A stretch of DNA of 64,000 nucleotides, taken from positions 25,916,001 to 25,980,000 of the forward strand of contig OZ004609.1 of NCBI GenBank assembly GCA_963924565.1. Reading direction: 5' to 3'. Origin of the DNA: Ascidiella aspersa (Eukaryota). The position numbers and the translations under genes are program-made. Of this stretch, positions 1 through 14,100 are shown in pieces. Position 1 is the stretch's first letter, and every line of letters starts with the position of its first letter. A model generated the notes under the pieces. It had not been told where the DNA came from, did no database searches, and worked only from the letters and a program-made list of their open reading frames with translations.

Positions 1-2005
1 TCCGAAATAACCTTTTTTTATTATGATAATTTGTCAAGCAGCATAGCTTCGTGTCAAAACATTTATTTTCGTCCATTTCGCTGGCACTACACGTGAGCAG
101 TCAAACTATATTCACTCAATACTGGTAATTGCTTTACACCTGGTTCGTTATGAGACCTTTAAAATGACTAGAAATACACAAAATAAGTGGATTATCCTAA
201 AGTATTTATTCTTTGTTGACTGAATTAACGCAGCCGCTGTTGGCCACGTTTAAGCCGCAGACACGATAAAAGGCCACAGTAAGCGTTTCTATCGACGAAC
301 ATATCTGAACCTCCAATAATATTTTCAATAAACCTTGCAATAAATTCTGAACAATAAATATAAATATTTGTCAAAACAAATATTAGCAATATTGGTTTTA
401 AAATATAAAACTACAGAAAAAAGGTAATCAGATTAAAAATATTTTGTGACGAAATTGTTACACCCAAAAATGTTGTAGTCAACACTCAAGAAAAATTGTG
501 GTTTTCCGCGGCTTGGTACATGTCGTACTAAAAAAAAAGAAAAAATGCGATAAGGCTATAAGGACCGACTTTCTAAGAAATTCTGAATAGCAACATTCTT
601 AAAACAACCAAATTGCAAAATTACGTTTAAAGATTATTTGATTTACTCGCCAGTTCAGTCAACCTGGAGTTATTGATTGTTTCGTTCCCATCATGTTCTT
701 CTGTTTCTAAAAATGATGCGCAAAATCGCATACACGCGAAAAAACAAACAAAAATGAATAAAGACGAGTAATATTAATTTAAAAAAAAAATAAAGAAACA
801 ATAAAAAAAATAATTAATCATTCTGGATGTGATAATTTCTCATCTAGCATCAAAGTTTGCTATTCGTAGTGGCGCTGGTTGGAACTGAGACAATGGAAAG
901 TAGGAGTGCCCATTCACGTTTCAAACGACTTGCTAAATGCCTTTGAAACTGCTAAAGCTGCTATTCTGGCTGTTGATAAGCTACAGTTTGATTGATCTTC
1001 AAGGCAGTTCCGCGTATATAGAAAATTCCGGTTCCATTTTGCATCTGCATTACTTAAGTGCTAAGAAACAAAACGTATACAGCACCTAATTGGAAGGTCG
1101 TCACTTAGGTCATTTGCACAAATAAATAACACCAACGCAGTTCACAGACCAATATAACTTGACTTCGGGTTGTTTCTTTACTAAAGATTTGTTCTGCATA
1201 AATGATGGGCTGTCAAACGTTTTTTTTTTATTTTCCTCAACCTTTAGTGACATTTACCAACTTTTGCGTGTGTGGTGTCTTTTATATTTTATAATTAGCA
1301 TGGCCAGGCATGTATTTTCGCGCTCAAAATTATCTTCGTCAAAGTACTGGTGTTTGTTTGTCTCGCTGACTGATGGCACTGTTTGAACAACGTTTGTTCA
1401 GCAAACCTTTTCGTTTTTTTTTTGTGGCATCCACAAAAGTCAACATGTTTAACGAGGGACACTTTATTGTAGTTCCTGTCTCGGTAACAACGTCGTTGTC
1501 ACATATATACACTCTAACGAGGCTTTTCTTGCCATAAACTTTGGAGATAATATATTTCGACATTTGTTTAAGATGCTTTATTATTTTAATGCCATTTATT
1601 TATTTTGCTAACAAATATTTACCGTTACATAGTTAAAACCACAGAACAATGATACAATTCACCTATATGCTAATGCTAAGGTTTGCGGGTTTTTACTATT
1701 TTAATGCAACGATTTTAATTCTTTGCCTAATGTTTCAATTTTGTTTTTAACCTTTATGAGGCGATTTAGAAGATTTTTTTTCATTAGCTGTGCAATCCAA
1801 GTGATCTGTTTTTTGATATTCCGGTGGCCATTCTGGTACACTCACATCGGAGAAAAGGTCTTAATATCTGCCCTTGCGCGCTTGTCTTATTTTGCCAGTT
1901 TGCTCATTTAGCTACTTTTCTCATGCCAGGCAATTTGTAAATTGCCCAACTATTCAACAGCAACTTGCTACAGGAATTTCGTAAAATTATTTTCATTTGT
2001 TTCAG

Positions 2006-2112
2006 GTTCGAATTCTGCGAGGACTCGGTGCGATCCAGCCAGGAGTCAATCGCTGTAAACTGATCACCAGAAAAGATTTCGAGGTTCTTTACCAGGACTG
2101 CACAACGGCAAG
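2006..2112 (+). CDS. DACH: Dach exon (C-terminal half of DD1/DHD domain)
   Basis: ttcag|GTT...GCAAG|gtaagg; VRILRGLGAIQPGVNRCKLITRKDFEVLYQDCTTA. Confidence 0.97.
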
Positions 2113-5100
2113 GTAAGGGTGGAGTGCTGTTATTTAAAGATACCATTTTTCATAGGCATGTTGAAAGAAGCGTACACATTTTTGTAATGTTAAAAAGAGA
2201 ATCGAAAGAATAATTTTACCCCGAGAGGTAAATAATTTAGAGTTACATTGCATAAAAAAATGTTGTTGAAAAAACGTGTTATTTTATCACCTGAGTTATG
2301 AGTGATTAGTTGGTAAGAAGTGTGCTGTCAAAACTATACATGATCTACTAAACATCCAAAGAAACTGCTGTTCGGGCGCGATGCGACTGTGATGCAAGAT
2401 CGTCACAAACACACTCGTCTAATAAATTCTGATTCGTCAAACCGCGGAGAGAAATAATATTCCCGCTTTTCCGCGGAAAGTCGACGGGTCGCTTAATCCC
2501 GCACACCTCCAGCCGCGGACTTAGGCGGGTTCGGGCACTGGCGGCAGATGAGCAAATCCGGCAAACAGGATTTGCGGGCACGCCCGCGCGTTCCTGCCGC
2601 TAAAGTCTTGCGAGACTTGCCGTGATTTGTGCGCGCGTGTCTTCCGCTGACGCTGATTCGAAAATGATCGAATTAATCTCCCTTTCGCTGCCAAATCGAC
2701 TTCAGATTGCAAGCGCGCACAAGCTTCGTTCTGCGGTCGATTTCCTCTGAGATATTAAGTTAGAAGTTAAGTGCAGCCTGACCGATGAGTAATTTTTTGC
2801 TGCTGAGTTTTGATGTTTCTATATCTTGGTCCCGCTGCCAGCACTCGGTTTTCGCTGTAAAATAATTTTAAATCGACTCCCGTCTGCTGCAGCAGGTTCG
2901 GACATTAATGTGCGTGTCAGCTTCACGCGCCTGGACAACATACCTGCCGTGATTTTAAACCGTGGAGTCTATTTTTAAAATTGAAAGGGCCGCGCGGGGT
3001 GTAGATGGCTTATTGAGCCAGTGCCAAACAACCGAATGGGGTTGCGGTATGATCCTGGTTGTATTTCTGTGTGGAGTTGCCTTGTGTGGGCCGAGGGCTG
3101 CCTGCCAATATGACTATTACCAGTTGAGTGCGGTGCGTCCAACTTCGCACTTTGTTAACACCTCCAGTGCAGCACATGTCCAAATTGGTGAGGACGAATC
3201 CATTAAAAGCCGCAATCAATAGGTTGTTACCATTAATTAGGTGGCAACGTCATTTGGCGCCTGCGTGACACCGGGCCGCGTTTTAATGCTTTCTGTGGCC
3301 GCCGCATCTGCGCATACCACTCAACCCTACACACTTTGACGTTGGATGGAAATTAATCCGGGCGCATTTATTTCGCGACCATACAGTCATCTCTTGTGCT
3401 TTGCCTCGCGCGCCCCGACCGACACATTAGTGAGCATAACAAGGTCGTGCATTGAGTTGCCTGTTCGAACTGATGAAGTATATGCAGATGAGCGGTTCCA
3501 CGCATCGGCTGGAGTGGCACAAAGCAAAAACAATTTAAATGTGATCGTGCCTGACGACACCGGTGTATAGACGCAGATTTATTCTCATGTCGAGCGCCTT
3601 TCCTTTGCGAAGGCGACAGACCATAGCTCTTGCACAATTAAGAACTGATGACTTCCCTTCGTCTTGTGATGCCATTGTCTTGCATTTCACAAGCGCGCGC
3701 GTGCTTCTTCGTTCTGTTCTCGTTCGGGTCCGACGCTTGTAAAGTTAGTGAAGGACTGGTGCTGTGCGCGAGCCCCACACACGCTCGACCCCTTTAACGT
3801 CACAATTGATATATCAGCTAATAGATGCCCGGTGTCTCGTTTGCAGAAAAGATCCGTGCGTGTTTCCTGTTTTCGTTCCGTCCCGCGCGCCGATGCATGT
3901 CACGAAGGGCGACAAGACCAATAGATCAGCAGCAGAAGACGCGCCTCGTCTGTCCTCTGTCTGTTTTTGCTCTCGCTCGATTGTCCAACAACCTGGCGCC
4001 TGTTGGCGAGTTGAGCGAAGTAGACCCTCCTTCACAACAATGCGATTAACACATTGCACGACGACGGTGCTTTCTGCCGCCAAGCCAAAGCTGGCCTGTT
4101 GGTAATTCATCTCTAAAGTGTATTACAAATCCGCGTTTCCGTGCTCGCGCGCGCGCGCCAGGATGGAGGGGTCGCGGACCATCACTCGTTCGCCCTGCAT
4201 CTGTCATTGTTGCTGCGCGTTGCTCTGGCTGTGGCTTCTAAGTCTATTTCGACGCCGTGGCTTGTCGGGCGACCTTCTAACTTTTCGGGCGTCACCCGTT
4301 TTGTTTATACGCCCTTATACAGTACAAGTATTTGGTCGGTGAGTTGTGCCCTTTCTGCATACCTCAGACATAAGGGTTCGCACAGCAAAACAAGGCGTTG
4401 GCGACACAAGTTTGACAAATGCCAATCCACGGACAGAAATCTGTAGGAATTTGTTCCAACTATAAAACGTGAGAGCGGCACGCCCAAAAAACACTGTCGC
4501 CGTAACATTTTCTGGTATTATTCGTCACCAATCGGATTTCGTTTTGCAAACATGAAACATCACGATGTTGACCGCAGCCTTAATCGTCTGCGTGTTGCTT
4601 TCCGCCAGTTTGGGTATACACACGGCCCGCTCACACACGATAATGTATATTTGCATTATAGCGACTCTTCAACCGCAAAAGACGAAAATCTCGAAATTAA
4701 CGGTCTTATGACGTTTGGTGTTGCGCGCGCTAATCCACCAGTCGCGCTCGATCGTGTAATTCGAAATCTGCATCGGCTGCGATCGGCAAGCTGTGTCAAA
4801 AGTGACTTCGTCGGCGACCCCGAACCTTATCAATTCCGCCTTCCGCCGTGCCCAAGTACTTTTTGCCAGTTCCAAATTCGGCGCCCTTATCGCGGCTAGA
4901 GATCGGGGCGCGAGGTCAGCGAAAAGCACACACAGAACGATCAACTAATTTGCCTTTCCCGAAAAAGTTTGTTATGGTGTTATTTCGTCTGATTAGCGCG
5001 CCTGAGCTCATCTTCGCCTAAGCGAGGGGTGTGAATCTGCCGGCTGTTACGATCTTTATCGCGAGCCGAATTGCATTCAGCCGGCGCTCGTTGATTTCAC

Positions 5101-8100
5101 ATTGACAGTTTTTTCTTGTTTTTTCCTCTTGCATTTGCTATACTTTGCTGACAAAAATGTTGTGGATTTATGCACGACTTGCACGTGTAGTCAAGGCTAT
5201 TTCAGTTGATTGACATAAATTATTAAATTTGTGGTTTAAAGCACAGAAGCTGTGAACCAAGGCCTTTCACTTCCCAGATAATGCTACTATCTTGCGATTT
5301 TGCAATGCCCCTTTTATTCGTCACAGAGGTTCAAGTAATGAACTACCAATTTGCATAAATAGTTTAAAGGGCCACAATCTGACGAATCTACTGGCCAGTG
5401 CGGTCTCTAAAGGTGGCACGTTAATCGCTTTTCCGCGACAAGCCGCAGGATTCTGTGACGCATGAAAACCTCCGAAAGCGGCATCAGTCTCTGGATTTTG
5501 TCTCGACGACTCACCGAGGCCAAACTGTGACTATTTATCAACAGAATGAAGCTCGTCTTCCTGGAACCGAGGTTGAGCGGAATATTCCGTTTCACTGAAA
5601 TGCTGTTGACAGGGTGCCGCTTCTCTGCCTTATTTTTGTTGGTTTGTTCCATTTTATCGTTGTGCGAGCGCGATATCATCGCACCACACTGTATCGCCTT
5701 AACGTTCTCCCGTGCCGAATCGGCAACGACCGGGTAGGATTTCGGCCTGAAATCGACTCGAAGATGGCGATCTCGGTTTGTTTCCGACCCTGGTGCGCTT
5801 TGCAGCTTAAAAATCACCACCCTCTCAGCCCTTGGCGCGCAAATTCTGCGATACCCCGGGCGCCGTGCAGATTGTTTGTTGTGAAATTTACCCGGAACAC
5901 GCGCGATAAACATCGGGGCGACGGGCGATATTTTTTTCTGTGCAATTCTCTACAGCTTCGATCTGGCCGCGATCGGGACCTGAGATGTTTACGGCGGGTT
6001 GTTGTCTCGTCTTCCTCGCATTCCGCCGCGATTCCGCCTGTTTAGCTTCGCGTTCTAAAACTTCTCGTTCCACAATTGAAGACTCATGTCCCTTTTATTG
6101 TTGAGCTCGTGTATGTTGTTAAGCTTGGCCCTTCTGCGTTTTGATCAATACCGGGCCGCTGCTGACAAAGCGCCCCGAAAACTGCTGTTACGGCTCAAAA
6201 CGAACCGTTAATAGATCCCGTCATTAACGGTTCCGAAGCATTGAAGAAACAACTCTCGGGCTCAAATGCGCCCAAGACCGTTTTCGTTCTTGAAGGAAGT
6301 TAAGGGGGTAAAATGACATGCTGGCTTTCTCCACCTGCTTTCGCTCGACGATGTGCCAATTAGACTGAAATGCGCAAAGTGACGCGCTTTATTTGTTAGC
6401 TGACCTATGGGAATCGGCTTATTTACAAGGGTTTGACACCACCACTCTGCCGGCGAAGCGAGCGGCTGTTTTTTCGCTGAAGAATTCCTGTCGGCGCTCG
6501 ATAATCTTCGGTGATAATTACAAGAACCTATAATCGTTACGGCGGTCTCCCTCCGGTTTGTTGATGATGTTGTGTGATTTGTTTCGCCGCGACGCATTGA
6601 CTGGCTTGGATTTGTATCACGTTTCCACTCTATTCTCAAATGGTGAAAGGTATTTTGTTTACCGCCGTAGGTATGCCACCCTAACGTATCGCATTAAATC
6701 TTCCAAGAAAAGGGTAATAGGAATTAGAATTACTAACACTTTTGTTAGGTGAGTTTATTGCTATAAAAAATCTCCAAATTTATTCGCACAACTTTGTTGA
6801 CATTGCAACTGCAGTTGCTTCTGGTCAGTTGACCTTATGTTAAATAATACCATGAGTTGCGAAAGTGTTCGACCAATCGAATTAATACATTTATCAGAAC
6901 TGTGCGTTGGCGTAAAAGGATATGAGTGAAAAAGTGTAACAAAAACACGCGTCATCACTCTGTTCCGTCGAAACAGACGTTGATAAAAGTTTCAGCGGTA
7001 AATGCAAAACGAAACCGACTAATTGCGCGCTCGCGTTCACCGCTATTCAGTTTAGTTTGTTCTATTTCAAATAATAGTACAGGATGGCAAAATGTGCGTT
7101 TCCTTCATGACATATTGCCATTCAAAACGGAGGATATACGCAGTAAGATGGAAATTGTCCTTGATCGATGTTTATTGTGATTGTACTTAGGGTGTCATTA
7201 CATCTAAGCTGATGCCGTTGTTCAATTATTTGGCACATGTAACGTTTAACAAAATCCATAACTACTTGCCATTTTGCCCTTAAACTCATCGCCATAAATC
7301 GAAATAAATATGGACTTTAACCTTAAATACACTTCGACTTTACTTGGTAAAATGTTTGCTTAAAGAAGCCGCTTTGCTGAGTTTGGATCATAACACTTGA
7401 GGAATGCAAGGAGTTGTGCGTTAGCGTCGGTTGGTATTTTCGAATTCTGCGCGAGTTGAAGTATACAGCGCAAACGGCAACAGTTATTTCGACTGATGTC
7501 GTGCTTGACCAATTCGAAAGATCCGCCTGAGATTTGGCCGTAAGCCGCGAACGCCGAGTCATGTGAAGCAGAAGAAGAAGAAGAAAACGAAAAATAAGAC
7601 AATACGTGCGCGGCGAAAATAAGTTTTTGTTGCGCGACGGGCCTCTAACTCGAAAGATCGCGATTAGTGTAAACTAACAAACAGGCGCTCGCTCGATCGA
7701 TGCTATCTGCCGGATTACCGGGCCCTTCTCCCCTCCCGCAATATCGCCTTGCTCGGCGCAGGGGAGGGGAGCGCCGGGCACAATGGCCGGCATTTTACGC
7801 CCGGGCCCGGGGAAACGCACAAATGTCACGAGTTGATTGCGATCGGGCGCCAATATTTGTTGACTGTTTGGAAAGTCGAAAATCGCGCGCGCGCCTGAGC
7901 GAGCAAGTGATGGCGAACCGGGACCGTGACAGCTGCTATGGGTGCTACGGCTGTTGTGATATACATTTGCCGAGATTGGAGACGCCGATTGTCAACCTTA
8001 TTAGCATTCCGCATTCCGTAGCCGCCAGGCAGGGCTCAAGGCTTAATCCGCCACTGGGAAAGCGCGGCGACACAAACGGCCAGGAGCAATGCTGCCGGCG

Positions 8101-11100
8101 AGAGCGGCAAACGACCTGTTTGTTGCCCGCTCGAATTTTGTCACTTTCAGAGGCGATTATCGCGCGTTTTATATCACGGCGCCTGGCCTAACCCTTTGGG
8201 CGACGAGAAAACTCGCACCGCTGCGAAATGCGTCCTTTATATGAGCTCTCCTTTTGCGGGAAGCAAGCGGACTTGGTTTCGTTGCCGCGGGTCGTGTTTT
8301 GCCTCACCAAGAGCTTCTCGTATGAGCCGGGTTTTGGGATATTATGTTACCTCGTATCGTCACGCACAGAGTTGCTTTCGCGCTTTGCTTTGGCCTATTG
8401 AGCGGCCCGACGGGAACTGCTCAGCAATCAACACTGGCGCTAACAGATGGTGGGCCAATTTCCCGTCTCATTGTTCGTCTCACTTTTACTTTGCCGTGTC
8501 ATAATCATCTATTGTTTCAAGCTGCAACTCGATATGGCATGCGGAAGTTTCAGGGCAAAATTTTCTTGTGCATTTTGCACACTCTTGCATTTCAAAAGGC
8601 GGTTATTATGTTGTTTGCAACTCAAGGACACAAATATTTTGCCTTCGATCGGAGTTCGGTTCACATCGCCTGTTGCCCGTATCGTGCATGCAATAAAAAA
8701 ACTGACGTTGTATTTCTTGTTGCTGCTGCGGTAGAAAAATATGTTGGTCTCAAAATTTTCAGAAAGACAGAAAAAGCAAAAATCTTTAAATTATACTTCT
8801 TATGGGCGCGTATTGAAACGCTTTCCAGCGTTGGAAATATATAAAGACGAATTTTGACAAAAAAAGATTATGCCATTTTAAATCTGCACTACGATCAGTA
8901 CAACGGCAATTTTATCTTTACTTTTTTAGTTTGTCAATTTATTTAGACGTACTTAGCAAAATATCCAACACGATTGAAAAGCCAAACTCTTATAAACACA
9001 TTTCAAGCTAAACGTGCATAAAAAAAGAAAGAAAACCACTTGTTGGTTATCCACTGACGACCATTTCGACCACAAAAAAACGCCGAACCATTCCTCAACT
9101 TCAGTTAGCGTATCGAGCAAGTGTAGCGCCTAATCCGACGCAAACAAACTCCCGTAATCCCTTTCCCGTCCCGGGCTCGAGAGACTGGGCCCCAGCGCTT
9201 ACGCACTAAGCACCTGGATTGCGAATTAGCTCGTCACGGCGTATTAGCATTTTTGTCGGCTCAGTCTCCTCTTAACGCTGCTTATACGCTGTTTGAGGAT
9301 TCTTGGAGTGCGTGAATGTATATATATAACTTAATTTCGCTGATGCCGAAAACATCCATGAAGTATAGTTTTTTTTTTTCTTCTTGAGGTCAATTCGTGT
9401 GTTACCGCGCGGTGAAAGGGTTCTGCTAATCAAAGTAATTTAGTAGAAATCAATTCTTTTTAAAAATAAACAACAAAACAATTAGGCGTGCAAAGGTTTG
9501 CATTTGCTATGTTGTATAATTATATAATTCATGGATTTCCTGGAAAATTGTTACAAATTCTATAGTTTACCAATCATGTTTTAGAAATGGCTGTATCATT
9601 CCAACACGATTTTTGACCAAATTTTTTAATTTTGTATACATTAGGTATACATATAGTGAATTTTGTATACATATAGTGAACCCGACCTGCGAAACTTGAC
9701 TCTGTTTCGAGGCCCAACCTAATGGCGATAACGCGACTTTCCCGCCCGAAAGGCTTTGGAATCCGAGCCATCACACAGCACCGAGTTTAATTGTTTTCGA
9801 AATCGATTTCTCGGCAGAATTCCTGGTAGAAACTTCCCGCCGCCGCAATACTGCACGGGCTCGTGCGTTTCACCTTGCCAAAACGATAAACAAAATCCAG
9901 GAAAAAATCGTGCGAAAGCAGCGGAGGTACCTTTTCAGGGGGTGGCGAGGGGGCGGCGTCGGGCCTGTTCTTGCCATTGTGTTGTTGGCGCGACGAAAGC
10001 GCCCAGCATTCGTCGGGTTTGATTGACGCCGCATTGTTCTTTGTGACTGGAAATTGGCACTTTCCTCTGTAAATCCAGATGCAAGAGCTCCCGTTTAGAT
10101 GTAATAGAAATGCGATTAACCGTTCTCGGGCCCCGGCGATCGAAAACGTAGGAACGGCTGCTTTGCAGCGGGCGAGGGACCTACTTTGGAAGTATGTGCT
10201 GGCGCGCAAGAGGCCGGCGTCGCAAAAACATCAACACCGAGTCGTAAATATTTTGGCTTGCTTCTGTGCTAGATTTTCACGGGCGCGAGTCGGGCGTTTG
10301 CTTCTTTGGCGGGCGCGGGCTAAACAAATCGCATTGATATAAACAAAGTGGACGCCATGTTTTGGCTAGACAGCGGTTGAAAAAACGCTGTTCAAGGTGC
10401 CAGTCAAAAGTGGAATTTCACATCCTGTCGGGTTTAGGATCGCCCTGTTCCCACAACGGAGAATGGTTGATGGGTCACTTTTCAAATTGCGGACGATAAA
10501 AATTCTTCGCGACATCGATGCATCACGATTAGGCGGCGTCGCGTTCCTTTGGAAAGACAGCTTTACATGCAAATGTATTTTATCCGGAATGCGTTTGGTT
10601 TCGCTTTGCATGCACATTTCGTATACTCGATGGAGGCAGGGCGTCGCCGTAAAAGCAACACGCGGTGGCCTGAAAGTTTACTTTTAACTCTCTTTCTGAT
10701 GTTCCCTGAAAAACGGGCGCGCAAGAACACCTAAATGCTCGTGCAGTTGGGGCTTTGCGGAGACCGCGTCACGGACCTGATTTAATTTGGCAAGAAACCT
10801 AGCTTCCAATTCGCCACGTTGCTCTAAGGCTAAGCTGTCGTATTCTTACTGCGTCGGCTTTCCTTTTTTTCGGCGGCGGGCCCTAAGCAACACTCACTCG
10901 TCAGTTGGGTGCGCGGGCGACATTACGATGCTAATTAATCTGATTGGCGCGCGGTCTGATGTCGCAACTTAAGTGCAGAGCCGTGTCCTTGTTTCAAGGT
11001 GCCCGATGTCGCGTCGCCTTAATCTGCGACACGCTATTTTATCTTCGGCAATTCGCATGCTGCCGCGTGACACGGCCCGAATGCCACGTGACCGCATTTG

Positions 11101-14100
11101 TGTGTCGCGTTCGGCGCCCGAGACAGCCGCGAGCATTTCGTCTCTCTCTTCGTTTTTCTCTCTCTCTAATTTGGCGATATGTACCTGTGCACGGGAGCGC
11201 CACTCCTGCATAATAAATTCCCGAAGCCCCGCTTAATGATGCGCGGTCCCGATCGTCTGCATTATTCACGGCGTCTCGAACACGATGTTTCAAATTGCGG
11301 CAATTTGTGCCGCTTATCGCCTTATTTCCGGGCGACCTTCGCGCGGACCGACGTGTCCACCACCAACGGCGCGATCCGTTATGTTTTTGCCACTCGTACA
11401 GAGGCGAGCCTCCGGAAATTTCTTGCACAGATTACCTGGCCTAACCATACCTGAGTCGACTCAAAACATTTGTATGACCAGCTAAAGACGAGCCGTTTTT
11501 AAGCTGGCAAAATAACTCGACCAAATTTCATAATTGAAGCATCCTACTGAATCAAGTTGAGGCAGCAAAGGGGCAATGCGCATTTAAAAAATACCTTAGT
11601 TCTTGTTATGCTAATGTGCAAAGGGGGTGTTGTTCACCGCCGCCAATCCACCCCTATGGTAACTTGAGTCCCCTAACGGGCGGTTGTGAGAAAAGTTCAG
11701 CAACGTGTTGCCTGTGACGCGGCTGATCTATCGGCATACGGAGCGTCGGAAATTGGAGTCCAATTAAAACTGTCGCTTTTATCGCGCGCGGCATGATAAG
11801 CGATGTCGCTTTTCTGATCGGTCGAAAATCCCTCGCCGCGAAAAACTTCCGTCGCAAAGCCAGAAAACCGAGGTGGCGGCATCGCACGCGCACAGATACA
11901 ACTTCCCTGATATACGAATGAGGAAGGATCGCTTCCTCGCCGTTCGCCTGTGCCTCATAGCGGGGCCGAAAACATGCCGCGAAAGTATATACTAAGGAGA
12001 AGGGTTATACCGCAACGACGAGCAATGCGAGACAACAGTCGTTGTTTTTGCACAACAGTCATCGCCCTATTAGGATGCGCGCCTGGGCGGAAATTGTCCG
12101 TCCTTCCATAAACCGCCACTGCCCGCCATATATGACCGCGATACGCTGGTTTTCCCAAATCCGAACGTGGCCAATCATTCGCTATCTATGCGGATTTTAT
12201 TTCATTCCGAGCGCAGCAGGGAAACCGTCCCGTTTGCATCCGACTCACACCGACCTTTATTTCCTAAACGATTGCAATACTCGTCGACCCCCGAATTGCA
12301 ATTGATTGAAGCGGCGGTCGTTCCGCCCCGCTGTTTCGGTCATTTAATATTTGCCGAGCGACCGAAATCGGCATTGGACGTCACAGCTTGCCCGTTTTGC
12401 GGACGTGATCGCCCGCTGTGCCTCGTCCCCCTGCCTTATCTGGGAACAGCCTTCCATTTGGCAAACACTGGCCCCCACCGACCCCTCGCAATCCGCCATA
12501 TGCTCGCATTGTTTCTGTTTGCCCCACAAACAATTAACTTATAAATCATTCAGATTTCGGGTAATGATGATCGAAACGGATTCCCGCGCCCGTATTTCCT
12601 TATCGCGCGGGTAGATTTGGTTGTTGCTTGTTTATTTCAGCGCTTTCGCTGTATCGAGGCGATAAGGCGAAATGGAAAGAGACTCGCCGGGATATTTGCT
12701 TGCAAACAGCACATAGCGGACCTCGAAGTCTATGTGGCCATAATCGAAAGGTTAATTCTGCTTGAACACACAACACGATTTTCGTGCGATATCATACAAA
12801 GTGGAACATTTTTATTGTTGAAATCAATACTGAAATGCAAATGGCCATGGTAAAGTAGTTAAACACACAAATTTATTTTTTAGTTTTTAAGCCCTGTTTA
12901 TTTTTTACACAAAAGTCACCAAAAAACACTTTTTTTTATATTTTAATTCAATGATTGTTGGGGAACGTTTTCCTTCTGTCAAAACGTACGTTGGCATCGG
13001 CACCGGTCCTATATTATCGTTTTATCCTCTGTCGAATATTGTCGGATTTTTCTGCGCGTGAAATCGCTGGAACTGGCCGCGCGATTCCGCGTTTGTCGCA
13101 TTACGTCGTGCCGCGCAGTCACCGTAGCGAGGCGACATCGATGTGTGCGCGCTGCCTCGCAAATACAACGACGACAGCAATTTAGCGCGATAGCATCTTG
13201 ACGGCGGACCCCTCCCCCCTCCGACAATGCACATCAGAAACAGCAGAAAGCGGTAAAATACGCCGTCCGTCGATCGGCTCCGTGTTGCGCTTCAGGGCGC
13301 CGTGTTTATACAGAAGCGTCGCACGGTGCAATGCGCGCTTCATTAATAATTGAGCGAAATACCCGTTTGTGTTCCGAAGCCGAAAATAATTTAATTTGCT
13401 CGGATCGCTGTCGCGCGTGACGTAAGCCAAGTCGGACTCGCCGCGCGATCCTTACAACTCCGGCCGCGTGGTCCGAACGCTTTTCGAATGTGCGGCCCTC
13501 GCGGGACCCGAACCTGCTCGCGCACTGAAGCGTAAAACGTCACGTGACGCGTGCCAACTGTCAGTGGAACCTCGCGGGATTGGTCGATTTCCATGTGCAC
13601 GGCAAGGAAGGGCAGGAAAAGGTGCCCATATATGTGTATAGTGAGGTCACAATGCGACGCGATGTGGCGAACGGGCGCTCTTGTACGTTAACGCCTGCCC
13701 AATCCCGGACAAATGAAACTCATCGATTTCCGTGTGGCTGCCTTGCGCGAATGCGGACGCCGCATTAAATTCCGGCCAAACCTTGTCGCCGCTTCGCCGT
13801 GAATTTAAAGCGAGAATGCGACGCGCGGGTGTCAAGAGTTGTCATGCGAGCATTTTATTTCGCGTCGGATTTAACGCGCCGCGTCGCCGCCGTTTTGTCA
13901 CTAACGCTGACACCTTCTTTCCCAGTCGGCCGGGACGCCCCCCGAAGAGGTACCCCATGCTGCCGCCGACCGCCGATCCGATGTCACACCACGCCAACAT
14001 GAGGAACAGCAACGTCATCGCCAATGTGAGATAAATTTATGGCGCCCAAATACTTTCTCTGTAAAATCCGATTTTCCATCACACCCCATTTCATTCATAA

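Noticed and set aside
1-2005. Upstream Dach exon(s) encoding the first half of DD1
   Set aside because: No LKHLVGGLHTVYTKLKRL-like coding stretch found; these exons must lie upstream of the window.
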